From the human T2T-CHM13v2.0 reference genome, Homo sapiens, in the NCBI RefSeq assembly GCF_009914755.1, contig NC_060926.1: a DNA stretch of 64,000 nt; one strand, given 5' to 3'. The position numbers were made by a program, and so were the translations under genes. Positions 26,315 to 39,756 of this stretch are shown in pieces. The notes under the pieces are model-generated. The model did not search any database, was not told where the DNA came from, and was given only the letters and a program-made list of their open reading frames with translations. Each line of letters starts with the position of its first letter. Position 1 is the stretch's first letter.

Positions 26315-26476
26315 CCTTCAAGTCAGTATGGAACAAGCATTTGCTGCACTTAGGGGAATTCTGTGGAATATTCTTCCAAGAGATTATTAGCTGGATTGAT
26401 CCTTGCACAGGGTCACAATAGAGCTGAGAGATATAAAAGATATAGTTTTCATTTTCTAAATGACAAGTCAAAGCAG
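26315..26476 (+). pseudogene. Exon M: PSSQYGTSICCT*GNSVEYSSKRLLAGLILAQGHNRAERYKRYSFHFLNDKSKQ
   Basis: Acceptor tttctcatttaaaccctcag, donor CAG|gtgcta, 162 nt, phase 0->0. Resembles the start of a TH1 domain. Confidence 0.65.
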
Positions 26477-26552
26477 GTGCTACCTTTGAAACTGTCTTTG
26501 GTACAAAATAAGTGCCATTTGAGTCCTTTCTGCATACCAGATCCTTACAGGG

Positions 26553-27097
26553 TGCATTAGTCAGGGATCTCCAAAGAAACAGGACCAATAGGATGGATAT
26601 ATATACAGATATGGAGACAGATATAAAAATAGATAGAGAAGAAGAGATGCTCTTCTCAGTGCTCAAGTGATTATAGAGGATGAAAAGTCCCAGTCTGCCA
26701 TATTTAAGCTGGAAGCCAAGAAAACCAGTGGTGTAATTCCAATCCAAGCCCAAAGGCCTGACAGCCAAAGGAGACAACTATGTCAGTAAGTCCTGATCCA
26801 AATCTGAAGGACCACCAAGCAAAACTCTGATATCTGAGAGCAGGAGAAGATGACTGTCCCAGGTCAAGAGGAGAGGGAAATTCACCCTTCCTCTACCTTT
26901 TTGTTCTATTCAGACCTCAATGGATTGGGTGATGCTTGCCCACATTGGTGAGGGCAGACTTATTAAATTTCAATCTATTGATTCAAATGTTAATATATTC
27001 CAGAAACACCCACAGAAACTCACCTAGAAATAATTCTTTATTAGCTATCTAAGCATCTCTTAGCCTAGTCAAACTGGCATGTAAAATAAACCATCAT
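26553..27097 (-). mobile_element. MLT2 (ERVL) solo LTR
   Basis: tgcattagtcagggatctccaaagaaacaggaccaatagga...ccagaaacaccc...aaaataaaccatca. Confidence 0.9.
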
Positions 27098-27392
27098 GCA
27101 GGGGAACCTATACATTGTGGCCCAGTTGGTACATGGTCTCCTAGCTTTCTTGCTTTATCCTGTGAGTCCTCAATTTCACATATCTCCTATTTAGGAGGGG
27201 AGCAGATATGTAACACAAAACATTGTATATGCCATCAAAAATGCCAAATCTTTTTAATAAATTAGAGTGAATTTGATTGTAGAAACTGCCAAAAACTTCA
27301 AGATTCACTTTTCTAATAGGATAGGTGATCAAGTTGGATAATAGCCAGGTGATGGAATGTCTAGATGTGATTAATATAAAATGGGACTGCTT

Positions 27393-27576
27393 CCCAGCTA
27401 CTCGGGAGGCTGAGGCAGGAGAATGGTGTGAAACTGGGAGGCAGAGCTTGCAGTGAGCCAAGATCTCACCACTGAACTCCAGCCTGGGCAACAGAGTGAG
27501 ACTCCATTTCAAAAACAAAACAAAACAAAACAAAAAAAAACAAAAAACAAAACAAAAACAAACACAAACAAAAAAC
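27393..27576 (+). mobile_element. 5'-truncated AluY-like right arm with (CAAAA)n tail
   Basis: gaatggtgtgaa...gagcttgcagtgag diagnostic. Target-site duplication aatgggactgctt at 27380-27392 and 27577-27589. Confidence 0.93.
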
Positions 27577-29202
27577 AATGGGACTGCTTTTCCTGAGTAG
27601 GATTTAAAGTGGTCTGGAAGGAAATCCAAAAGGAGAATTAGAAAAGTATTTTGAACAATGAAAATTATACTGAAATAAGAATATCCCTCTACAAGATAAC
27701 TCCTTGAAAGCCTGCAGTCTTGTGCATATCTAAGATATACAATATTTGAGAAAGATATGTACTATTTCACAATCTTTTCATAATTCATATGATTGATTTA
27801 TTCATTCAATGACTAATAATTTTTCTCAATCTATATAGTCATGTCTCTGAAAATACACAGTAATTTGCATTTAATCAGAAAGTTTCTGTTTAGTATTTAT
27901 TTATAAACAAGGTGAATTAAGTTGGAATCAGTAGACTTATTGGTGATGGTAGTAATAGAGTGTGGTCTTCATTCTTGTTTCCAATAGTCTAGATTTCATT
28001 TGCACACACAGAATAATTCCATGGGGAGCTGGAAGAGCAATATGTAGCCCTTAAGGGCCTTTTAACTTGGTTTTATCCATTTAGGTCTATTGTCTTAATA
28101 GCCATCAATTTAGTACCCAGACCTTGGGATATTAACTCAGTTTTACATCATTTGAGGTTGAACCTCAAAAGCATTACATCTGATATTACAGATTCATAAT
28201 TTCTTTTCAAATAGTTGTTGATAATACCACATGGGCAAAACTATAATAATTACTTTGATATTCTTTCTTATGAAAAAAATACTTTTAAAATGTAAATGAA
28301 ATACTGTAATTGAACAGGGTTTCCTGGCCAATGCAGATTCTGAAGTTTGGGTAGAAATGCTGCAAATCAGGGAATAGAGAAAAAAAAGTAAATGTCCTGT
28401 TAGATGAGAGTTAGGCCAGCTGTTATATCACTACATGAAAAAGTTTTGATGTAAAAATTGTATTATATTTTCCTAGCACTGAAATTCTTGGATGATCTTG
28501 AACTTTAGTAAATGAATCAAATTCAATATAATTACAATATAAATTACAAAAAATATACTAATATTCTATAGATGGTATAGTCTCTTTAAGTACTACAATA
28601 AACATGAGTGAATTTTAATCACAGAAATTTATCATGTGGAAGAATATTTGGGTCATGATAATACTAACAAGCTATGCAACCAGGTCTCAGCTATTGTTTA
28701 CTAATTATGAAGATGTTCCCAATCAGCACTTAAATAAATATGTATAGTTGCTAAAACTTTTCAACTAATTTTAAAACAATATTTTAACAAAAATGCACCA
28801 TTTTATGTTTTGAATGTATCTTTTCATGTTGGCGAAGAGAGTCTTTTCTGTTTAGGTTGGCCAATTAAAGGAAGCTGTAAACTTTCTAGGGCTTACAAAC
28901 ACTATAAAATTCTTAAATCATACAGCTTCTCCTTGCCCCTGGCAATTGGCTTTGGCAGTTGTAAAATTGATTTTTGGTGTGGCTTGAATCTGATCCAGCA
29001 TCCCAGCTAATTGGAAAACCATGCTTGTGATATAGCATGTCTTGAAAGTGGGCAAGATAGCAGATGGTCTCTAAAGCAAATTAAAAGTGAACAAGCACAT
29101 GTTTGACAGCAGCACTTAAAGTGCAAAGGGAAAATGGACAAAGTTCCATTACTCTGACAATGGCAGTACATTATATATGCTGTGTCTCTTTCTGTTTTGT
29201 AG

Positions 29203-29243
29203 AGAAACCTAAAGGCATATATGCCTTTCAGCTAATAGTCTCA
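29203..29243 (+). pseudogene. Exon N: RNLKAYMPFS**SH
   Basis: Strong acceptor tctctttctgttttgtag and donor CA|gtaagt. 41 nt, phase 0->2, bridging exons M and O. Confidence 0.7.
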
Positions 29244-29440
29244 GTAAGTAAAACCTCCTTCCTCTAGTACTTTTACTGTCTCCTTTACGTTCTTTCATCT
29301 GGGGTTTATATTTGCACTTTTTTTATTTTGAAAATGTTTTTAAATATATTATAGGGCACTTAGGTCATAATAATCACTCTTAGTCCTCTTCAACAAAAAC
29401 AATAATTTCCTGCTCTCTCGTTTTTCCGTGATCTTTACAG

Positions 29441-29683
29441 CACACTGTGGTGTTGGATGAACTAAGATGTAATTAAATCATGAAGAGGAGGCTCCTATAC
29501 CTGTGACTCAGTCTCGCTGCTCTTGGTGGCTAAATCTAATCGATCAGGCAGAGCAGAAGGAGTGTGAGCTTTGTTACTTGTGTCAGAGACAGTGAGGGTC
29601 ATTTCCTTTGACTTGTTCAATCAGTATCGAGATGAGACTGGATAGGCAGCTGAAAACTCAGAATTCTCTTTCCTCTCAAGCAA
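29441..29683 (+). pseudogene. Exon O: TLWCWMN*DVIKS*RGGSYTCDSVSLLLVAKSNRSGRAEGV*ALLLVSETVRVISFDLFNQYRDETG*AAENSEFSFLSSN
   Basis: Acceptor atctttacag, donor AA|gtaatg, 243 nt, phase 2->2. Contains a VxKxNRxG...(R)ALLL motif like the TH1 PH beta1-beta2 signature. Confidence 0.7.
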
Positions 29684-30410
29684 GTAATGTGGGGTTTTCA
29701 CTGGAGAGTATGATTCCATTAGTTCAACCAAAAATGGTTGGCAGGGTCACAGGAGCCCCCTCTGGCAGTTTTGTGGGAAAATAAGAATAAGTACAAATTT
29801 GAGGGTCAGGTTTTTTTGACCACCAAACAATTCCCTGCCTTGGCATGAATAATGAAGTTAATTCTGTTTGCCTGCATTTGTCATTGTAGATTTGGATAAA
29901 TATTTTACAATATTCATTCTTCCTTGATGTTGTGGTAGTCATCAAAATCATCACTTTTTTAGATATTTCTTTAGTGTCATACAAAGGTGCTAAACTTTTT
30001 TTTGTTTCTTCTGAAGCCTATATATTATATTAGCAAGAACAAATATTTCACTTATTCTGTATCTAACATCATATACTAGGCATGTAGTAGAATTTGGAAA
30101 ATGTTAATTGACCACTTGGTATTTTTGTAGACTCATGGCACTGTTGATTCTCTTGAATGATCAGGAGTGTTATGTTGTTATCACTTATTCAGTAAGTGAC
30201 ATGTTTTGGAATGTCTCTGAGCCTTTCTGGTAATTCACTTGATTCTGACATGTTCTTCATATAGTCAGTACATTTCCACCCTCAAAAGAGCTGCAAAAAT
30301 CTAAATATTTTCTATAGTATTATGCAGAGATCAAGTCATTTAAGAAAAGCCTAAATAATGAACAATTTTTATTTCTTATTTGAGTAAATTTTATTGTTAT
30401 GATGACACAG

Positions 30411-30487
30411 TTTCTCTCGGGGGGTCTATCTGTTCAAGGAAACGCTTCAGTTCACTAGAATTTTTGGATGTCCTTCTCAAAGCCTAG
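30411..30487 (+). pseudogene. Exon P: FSRGVYLFKETLQFTRIFGCPSQSL
   Basis: Acceptor gacacag, strong donor AG|gtgaga, 77 nt, phase 2->1, open. Confidence 0.65.
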
Positions 30488-31209
30488 GTGAGAAATGCTT
30501 GCCACAAGCCATCTGGGTAGAAATACTTATTTGCCTCTAAAAAGTTTAAGAAAACAAAAAGTGCCCAATTTTATTTAATGTAGAATGCATGCACTGCTTT
30601 GAACTTAGCATAACTTGAATGTATATCAAAATAAAACAAAGAAATAGGCAAGAGTTTCCTGCTTATAAATTATTATTTGTTAATTTAGCTAGCAAAGCTG
30701 GGAAGTGGACCAAGGCCTTTTTCACTAGACTCTGATGATAATAGTAAATTTACCTAGAAGCATAACCATAGTCCATAGATTCTGGATTTATTTAGTTTTT
30801 GACTGTTGGATTTTTCACGTTTTTGGAATTTCTTTGAGGTAATGAAAATAGTGGCCATCTGACCTTGGCTGAAAGTGAAAAACATGACTCTTCTGATCTC
30901 TACAAGCATCGTGATCATGAAATTAAGTCATCTGTGAATCCCTAGATAGTTCTTTCATGCTAATGAGGACTATGGCCCCTGTAGTGGTGATGAACTTATT
31001 TTAATAATATTTCATTCAACCATAGACAACTTGTTTCAGAGACTGCCTCTCTGGAAAAGACTCCTGGAGGTAATTGCTTTTACTTATCTGCTTTACATTT
31101 TGTATGAATAGTTCAGCAACTGGAAAATATATATAAGATGAAAATTCAATATGTCTACAGGGGAAAGGAGAATCTTGAGAAGCAATATATTTCCCTTTCT
31201 CCCTCCCAG

Positions 31210-31314
31210 GTAATATTGATCTTTTTAAAACCCAGACATCGAGTCTTGGGTTTGATCTCCAAACTAAGGGTGAAATCATTGTCTCTGAAAAGTCAGATTT
31301 CTGCCCCTGGGCTG
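31210..31314 (+). pseudogene. Exon Q: GNIDLFKTQTSSLGFDLQTKGEIIVSEKSDFCPWA
   Basis: Strong acceptor ttccctttctccctcccag, donor G|gtatga, 105 nt, phase 1->1, open. Confidence 0.7.
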
Positions 31315-31569
31315 GTATGAATTTTGTTGCCAGGCCTTTAACATCTCCATCTTTGCTGCAACAAGGGATGGAATGTTGCAAAGACATAACTGTGGATTTA
31401 AAAAAATCTGAAAGGCTCTCTGTAGAGCCTAACACTGTAGAATCCTAGGCTGTAAGAGAAACTCTTTACTGCCTACTTCTCAATAACAAAATTCTGTAGC
31501 CTATTATTTCAAGAACTTATAAAACCATTACAACCAAATTGCATTGTCCCTTGACATATGCAAAATACT

Positions 31570-34500
31570 TTTTTATTACTAATCTTATTTTTGATTGACA
31601 AATCATAGTTGTATACATTCATGGGGTACAATGCAATGTTTTGATATATGTGTACAATGTGCGATGATTAAATCAAGCTAATTAACATACCCATCACTTC
31701 ACTTACCTTTTTTAGTGGTTACACAATTTGAAATTTAATCTAGTTATTTTAAAATATACAATACAATATTGTTAACTGTATGTCCTTTCAGAACCAATAA
31801 AAATCAAAATAAAATAATAAAATAAATATTTTTGACTATATCTACTGTGCAATAGCTATCAAAACCTATTCGTCCTTGGAGTGGGTAAACCTTTTTGTAA
31901 AGAAAAAAATAATAAATAAATAAAACCAAAAATTTATTCCTCCTGTCTATCTAAACTTTTATTTGCTCAACAGCTTCCCATTCCTTCCCTTCTCATCCCC
32001 CAAGCCTTGGGTATCCATCATTCTATTCTCTACTTCTATGAGTTCAACTATTTAAAAATTGGAGATCATGCAATATTTGTCTTTCTGTGCCTGGCTTACT
32101 TGACTGAGGCATTTCCTTATTTATTCATCCATTGATAGACACTCAGGTTAATTACATATCTTGGCTATTGTGAATAGTGCAGCAATGAACATGGGAGGGC
32201 AGATACCCCTTTGACATACTGATTTCAGTTCTTTTGGATATGTATTCAGAACTGGAATTATTGGATCATGTGGTGGCTCTATTTTTAATTTTTTGAAGAA
32301 TCTTCATACTGTTTTCTATAATGGCTATAGTAATTTAAATTCCCACAACAGTGTACAAAGATTCCCTCTTCTCTATGTCCTCTCCAGCACTTGTTATCTT
32401 TCATCTTTTTGATGAAAGTCATTCTAACATGTTGAGATGATCTCTTTTTGTTTTTAATGTGTATTTCCCTAATGGTTAGTGACTCTGAGCATTTTTCCAT
32501 GTACCCATTGGCTATTTGTACATCTTCTGTTGAGATATGTCTGTTCAGGTCCTTTGCTGAACTCGTTTAATAGGGTTATTTGTTTTCTTGTTATTGAATT
32601 GTCTGAATTTATTGTATAGATTGGATATTAACCCCTTATAAGTTGTGTGGTTTGCAAATGTTTTCTCTTATTCTGTAAATTGTCTCTTCACTTCTTAATT
32701 GTTTCTTTTGCTGTGCCGAATATTTTTGGTTAGATAGCATTCCATTTGTTTATTTTTGCTTTTGTTGTCTGAGCTATTGTGGTCATAGCCAAAAAATCAT
32801 TGCCCAGACAAATATTGTAGAACTTTCCGCTGTTTTTTTTTTTTTAATTCCCTAGCAGTTTTACAGGTTCAGGTCTTATATTTAAGTGTCTAATCCATTT
32901 TGAATTAATTTTTGTATAAGGTGTGAGAAAAGAGTCCAATATCGTCCTTCTGCATGTGAATATTCAGTTTTCCCAACACCTTTGAAGAGATTGTCCCTTT
33001 TCCCATTATGTGTTCTTGACACTCATGTCAAAAGTCTATTAATCATAAGTACATGGGTTTATTTCTGGGTTTTCTATCCTATTCCATTGGCCAATGTGTC
33101 TGTTTTTATACCAGTACAATGCTGTGTTATTATAATCACATTTGTTTTTTGAGACAGGGTCTTACTCTGTTGCTCAGGCTATAGTGCAATGGCATGATGA
33201 TGGCTCACTGTAGCCTGTCTTCCGGGATCAAGCGATCTTCCTGTCTCAGCCTCCGGGGTACCTGGGACTACAAATATACACCACAATGTACACCACAATG
33301 CCCAGGTAATTTTTGATCCTCCCACCTCGGCCTCCCAAAATACTGGGATTACAAGCATGAGCCACCATGTCCATCTGTAATCACTGGAAAATATATTTTG
33401 AAATCAGGGAGTGTGATGCCTCCAACTTTCCTCTTTTTGCTCAAAATTGTTTTCGCTCTTTGGGGTTTTTCATGGTTTCAGACAAATTTAAAAGATTTGA
33501 CTTTTCTATTTCTGTGAAAAAATGCCATTGGAGTTTTGATAGGGATCTGTAGATCACTTTGGGTAGTGTGGACATTTTTCACAACATTATTTTTTCCAGT
33601 CTATGAACATAAAATATCTTTCCATTTATTTGTTTTTTCTTCCATTTCTTTCATCAGTGTTTTATAGTTTTCAGTATAAAGTCTTTTTGTCCTCACTTAA
33701 ATTTATACCTAACTATTTAATCATTTTGTTGCTATTGTAAATGATATTATTTTATTATTTTTCTAATAATTTATTAGTATATAAAAACACTACTAATTTT
33801 TGTATGTTGATTTTGTGTCCTGCAAATTTACTAAAATTGTTTTTTCAGTTTTAAAAGTTTTTCATGAAGTCCTTTCGAACTTCTCTTTATATATGATCAT
33901 GCAATCTGCATACCAGGGTGATTTAAATTTTTTCTTTTCAATTTGGATTAATTTTATATTTTTCTCCTGCCTAATGTCTTTGGCTAGAACTTCCAGTACT
34001 ATGTAGAAAATAAGTGATGAGAGTAACCATCCTTGCCTTGCCTCTGATATTAGTGGAAAAGCTTTCAACTTTTTACCATTGAGAATAATGTGCTACAGGT
34101 TTGTCGCATATGCCCTTTATTGTGTTGAGGTACCCTCCGCTGTACTTAATCTTTTGAAAGTTTTTACTATGACAAAGTGTTGAATTTTTTCAAATGCTTT
34201 TTCTTCATCTATTGCAACGATGATATGGTTTTTATCCTTCATTCTGTTAATGTGGTATTTCTCATTTATTGATTTGCTTGTGTTGAATCATTCTTGCACC
34301 CCAGGGATAAATCCCACTTAGTCATGGCAAATAATTCTTTTAATATGTTGTTGAATTTGGTTTTGCTAATATGCTTTTGAGGATTTTTGCATGTGTCCTC
34401 ATCAGGGACATTGGCCTGCAATTCTTTTTGTCCTTGTCAGGCTTCGGAATCAGGATAGTGCTGGCCTCATAAAATGAGTTTGGAGATATTCTCTCTACTT

Positions 34501-35090
34501 TCTTTTTCTTGAAGTTTAAGAAGAATTGGCATTAATTTTGATGTAAATGTTTGGTAGAATTTAGCAGGGAAGCCGTCTGGTCCTGGACTTTTCTCTGACG
34601 GGAGACTTTTTATTACTGATACAATCTGCTTGCTCATTTAAAATTTTCTGTTTTTTCATGATTCAGTCTTGGCAAGTTGTATGTGTCTAGGAATTTAACT
34701 AATTCTATATTATCAATTTTTTGACATATAACTGTTCATAGTAGTTTGTTATGATCTTTTGTATTTCTGTGTTATTAGTTTTAATGTCTTCTTTTTATAT
34801 TTCTGGTCTTCTTTGAGTTTTCACATATTTTTCCTATCTAGTCTTGCTAAAAATTTGTTGATTTTGTTTATCGTTTTAAAAATCTAACCCTTTTGTTAAT
34901 TTTCTTTATTTTTTCTTGTCTTTATTTTATTTATTTCTTTTCTAATCTTCATTATTCTTTTCCTTCTGCTAACTTTGAACTTAGTTTGTTCTTTTTTTTC
35001 TAGTTCCTTAAGGTGTAACACTAGATGGTTTATTTCAAATCTTGCTTCTTTTTAAATATAGATGTTTGTCACTATAAATTCATCTTTTAG
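31570..35090 (-). mobile_element. L1MA-type LINE (3' UTR and degraded ORF2)
   Basis: ttgtatacattcatggggtacaatg...aatcaagctaattaacata 3' end. Minus-strand ORF fragments such as [29 protein letters not shown] (RT). Confidence 0.93.
33144..33375 (-). mobile_element. AluJ-type SINE, internally deleted, nested in L1
   Basis: gagacagggtcttactctgttgctcaggct...gggattacaagcatgagccacc. Confidence 0.92.
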
Positions 35091-35304
35091 GATTCATGTG
35101 CAATATTCTTATCCACTCAATTAGAAAGATAGTTTGACCAGCAAAAATAAAAGTGTATGTTTTTTTCTGCATATGTATTTTTCTATACTAATGAGATGAA
35201 AAATGTTGGTTAGAGCAATCATGAAAGATATACTGCTTCCTTTCAAATACTGATTTAATGGTTCTATGAGATATAGTAAAGACCCAATGTGGCAAAGCTG
35301 TAAA

Positions 35305-35610
35305 CCAAGGCTTAGCAAACTAGGACTCATAGGCCAAATCCAGCTTATCACCTGTTTTTGTACATCCTATGAATAAATAATTTTTTTTTTGCAATTTTAA
35401 ATGATTAGAAGAAGTTAAAATGCTTCATGACATGTAGGATTATAGAAATTTTAAACTTCAGTGTTCCTAACCATCATTTTATTGGAATATGGCCATGGTC
35501 CTTCATTTACATATTGTCTATGGCTGCTGTTGTGCTATGATGGCAGAGCTGAGTAGTTGCCACAGAGACAGTGTGGCCCACAACCCTAAAATATTTACTA
35601 TCTGGCCCAA
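35305..35610. mobile_element. MER58-like hAT-Charlie element
   Basis: ggccaaatccagct...cagagctgagtagttgccacagagacagtgtggcccacaaccctaaaatatttactatctggccc. Confidence 0.85.
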
Positions 35611-35883
35611 TCCCTCTTCTAGAGGACATGCTTCTAGTGCTTATTTTGTTGTCAATTTATTCTTGGAGGAATGCAAAATAAATCAATACCTTCATGCTAC
35701 ACTGACCTGTCTGTACTCAGACTCTTACATGGTCATATCACAAACTAACCTGATTCAATTTGAAAGTTTCTGATGTCTAGCTTGTGTCAGAAAAATAAAC
35801 AATATTTAAGTATAATCTCTATTTTTTATTGTTTTGCATGTTTCAATAATTAAAGACATATGGAAAATGTTACTTTTAGACCT

Positions 35884-35951
35884 TGGCTACTCTGGGCACA
35901 CTGCCTATGGGGTAATCCTGCTCCACAAGGAGCAGTGAAAAAAAAAAAAAA
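35884..35951 (+). mobile_element. Short poly(A)-tailed retrocopy of a MER41-type LTR segment
   Basis: ctctgggcacactgcctatggggtaatcctgctccacaaggagcagt plus A15, flanked by agacct at 35878-35883 and 35952-35957. Family recalled from memory. Confidence 0.65.
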
Positions 35952-36309
35952 AGACCTACTAGATGTCACAAATACAATAGGAATGTATTAAACTAAATTA
36001 TTATATCCAGTAACGTACTAATTATTCCTAGTTGTCAACCTGCTCTGCACCCATTAAAATAAAATTTGTATTGCTCCAGGAAAAAGATAAATAGAGATTA
36101 GAATTAGAAACTTAATATTTGGCTTTGTCTTTCAAAACAGTCTTCTAAGATCTAAGTCTCTATACTTAAGTCTGAAGTTTTTGGTTTTCAAAATTGAGGT
36201 TTTGCTGGAAAAAAAAAGCTTTACAAAATAATTTCAAATCTAAACCATAACAAGGTAAAAACAAAGTGTCAAGCCTTACTTTTTGGTCTTTCTGCCTCTT
36301 TTGTTATAG

Positions 36310-36410
36310 GCTATTCCAAGGAGAAGGGTACAATATAACCACAGTTCTTAATAGAAGGGAAGAACTAGAAAGCCTTTGTTTTTGCTGGATGGCAGAGCAT
36401 AATATGAAGA
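36310..36410 (+). pseudogene. Candidate further exon R, frame uncertain
   Basis: Strong acceptor tctttttgttatag and donor GA|gtaagg in a unique-sequence island between L1s. Phase-1 frame has three stops, while the phase-2 frame (LFQGEGYNITTVLNRREELESLCFCWMAEHNMK) is open. Confidence 0.45.
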
Positions 36411-37699
36411 GTAAGGCTGTAACCTATGGTTAGGTGGTAGATGTATTAAATATATGAGAAACAGAGACCAGAAATGTTCTCCCTCAATCCTCCAGCAAAG
36501 CTTGGAATGCCTGTGGTGTCATGGTACCATGTAAATATGACAAAAACCTAGACATCCCAGCCCATTCACACCTGTGAGCAGACAACTGATTGCCTAGTTC
36601 TAGAAACGATTTCTTCCCTCATATACAGCACCAACAAGAACCAATGAAAGTGCTATCACTGGCCAGATAAAACAAGCAGACCAAAACAATACCTCAAAGG
36701 CTCTGGAAATTAAACTGCCATTGGAATGACAATCTACAAAGTAAGCCAAGATCTACATGCTAAACCTAAACAGAGTGAATTGGTGTTAAAATAAAAGATT
36801 TAAATAAGACTTAGATCTCCCTAACATAATAGACAAAATATCCAGGATAAGATTAAAAAATTACCTGTCATAACAAGAACCAAGAAAATATAAACTTGAA
36901 TGAGAAAAGACAATCAACTGATATCAACACTGAGATGAATTCAATGTTGGAATTATCTGACAAGGATTTCAAAGCAGCCATGAAAAATATTTTCAACCGT
37001 CAACACATCAAACAACAGAGCCTCAACATATATAAAACAAAAAAAATGATATAACTGAAAGGAGAAAGAAAATACACAATTATAGTTGGAGATTTTAACA
37101 TTTCCCTCTCAGCAGCTGATAGAACTACCAGACAGAAATTTAGCAAGGATATAGATGATATGAAATAAACAATGGGAACTAATTGACATATATTGAAAAA
37201 GTGAATACACTTTTTTTCCAAGTGCTCATGGAACATTTACCAAGATGGACAATATCCTGGGCTATAAAACAGACCTCAAGATGTTTAAATTATCCTTTTC
37301 TGTGTTCTCTGGACATAATGGAATCAAACTCACAATCAATAACAAAAAGACTATTGGAAAATTTCTAAATGTGTGGAAATTAAATAGCACACTTCTAAAT
37401 AATGTAGATGTCAAATAAGTCTCAAAAGAAACAAAAATACATAAAATTGAATAAAAATGAAAACCCTATCAAATTTTACTGAGCACAACTAAAGTAATAC
37501 TGAAGAATTTGTAGCACTAAATGCTTACATTATAAATAATTAAAAGTTCTGAAATAAAAACCATAAGTTTTGATCTCACGAAAATAGAAAAAGAAGAGAA
37601 AAATAAACTGAAAGCAAAGAAAAGGAAGGAAATAATAAACATAAAAGCAGAAATCAAAGAAACTGAACTGAAGAGAAAGAGAGAATAAAACAAAAATCA

Positions 37700-39160
37700 T
37701 TATCTTACTTCAAAGTATACTACAGGGCTACGGTAACTGAAACAGCATGGCACTAGTGTATAGTAAAAACAGACACTTAGACCAATGGAACATGTTAGAG
37801 AACCCAGAAATAAAGCTCACACCTACAACCATCTAATCTCTGACAAAGCCAACAATAACAAGCAATGGAGAAAGGACTTCTTATTCAATAAATTCTGCTG
37901 GGATAATTGGCTAACCATATGCAGAAGATTGAAACTGAATCCCTAACTTTCACCATATACAAACATCAGCTCAAGATGGCTTAAAGATTTAAATGTAAAA
38001 CCTAAAACTATAAACACCCTGGAATAAAACCTAGTAAATACCATTCTGGACATTGATCCTGGGAGAGACTTAATGACAAGGACTCCAAAAGCAATGGCAA
38101 TAAAACCAAAAACTGACAAGTGAAACCTAATTAAAGAACTTCCATACAGCAAAAGAAACTCAGCAGAGTAAACAGACCACCTATACAATGGGAGAAAATA
38201 CTCAGCATAGTATGCATCCAACAAAGGTATAATAACAAGAAACTATAAGGTACTTCAACAAATTTATGAGAGAAAAATGAACAACACCATTGAAAAGTGG
38301 GCAGAGGTCATGAACAAACACTTTTCAAAAGAAGACATACATGCGGCCAACCAGCATATTAAAAAAAGGCTGAATATCACTGATCATTAGAGAAATGCAA
38401 ATCAAAACCACAATGTAATATAACCTCACACCAGTCAGAATGGCTATTACTAAAAAATCAAAAATTAACAGATGCTGGCAAGTTTGAAGAGAAAAGGGAA
38501 TGCTTGTACACTGCTGGTGGAAATGTAAATTAGTTCAGCCACTGTGGAAAGCAGTCTGGAGATTTCTCAAAGCACTTAAAATAGAACTACCATTTGACCC
38601 AGCAATCCCATTACTGGGTTTATACCTGAAGGAATATAAATTGTTCTCCCATAAAGGCACATGCATGTTTATGTTCATCGCAGTACTATTCACAATATCA
38701 AAGGCATGGAATCAACATAGATGCCCATGAATGGTGGACTGGATGAAGAAAATGTACATATGCACCGTAGAATACCATGCAGCCATAAAAAGAATGAAAT
38801 CATGTCCTTTGCAGCAACATGGATGGAGTTGGAGGTCATTATCCTAAGGGAAGAAACGCAGGAACAGAAAACCAAATACTTCATATTCTCACTTAGAAGT
38901 GGGAGCTAAAGATTGAGTACACATAGACACAAAGAAAAGAACAGTAGACTTTGGGTCCTAATTAAGGTTATACGGTGAGAGGAAGGTCAGGATTGAAAAG
39001 CTACCTATCAGGTATTATGACGATTACCTGAGTGACAAAATTGTCTGTACATCAAATGCCCTTAAAATGCAAATTACCCATATAATGAATCTGCCCATGG
39101 ACCCCTTGAACCTACAATTAACAGTTGGAAAGAAAAAATAAAGGCTGAATCTTAAAAAAA
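37700..39160 (+). mobile_element. L1PA15/16-like 3' fragment
   Basis: ORF2 C-terminus ([21 protein letters not shown]) and 3' UTR ctacctatcaggtattatg...ttacctgagtgacaaaat. Confidence 0.9.
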
Positions 39161-39285
39161 AAATCAATAAAATTGCTAAACATATAGCAAGATTGATTAT
39201 AAATAAAACAGAAGACACAAATCACCAATGAGAGGAATTAAATAAGAATGTCGTTACAGATCCTGAAGCCTTTAAAAAGATAATA

Positions 39286-39756
<471 letters not shown>

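Noticed and set aside
26265-26777. 170-aa minus-strand ORF
   Set aside because: Half lies in an MLT2 LTR and half is antisense to exon M.
29441-29683. Cys-rich frame (HCGVG...KECELCYLCQ) as a TSP1 or zinc-finger domain
   Set aside because: Phase does not match flanking exons N and P, whereas the TH1-like frame does.
31016-31435. 139-aa minus-strand ORF
   Set aside because: No recognisable homology, and it overlaps exon Q, which has strong + strand splice sites.
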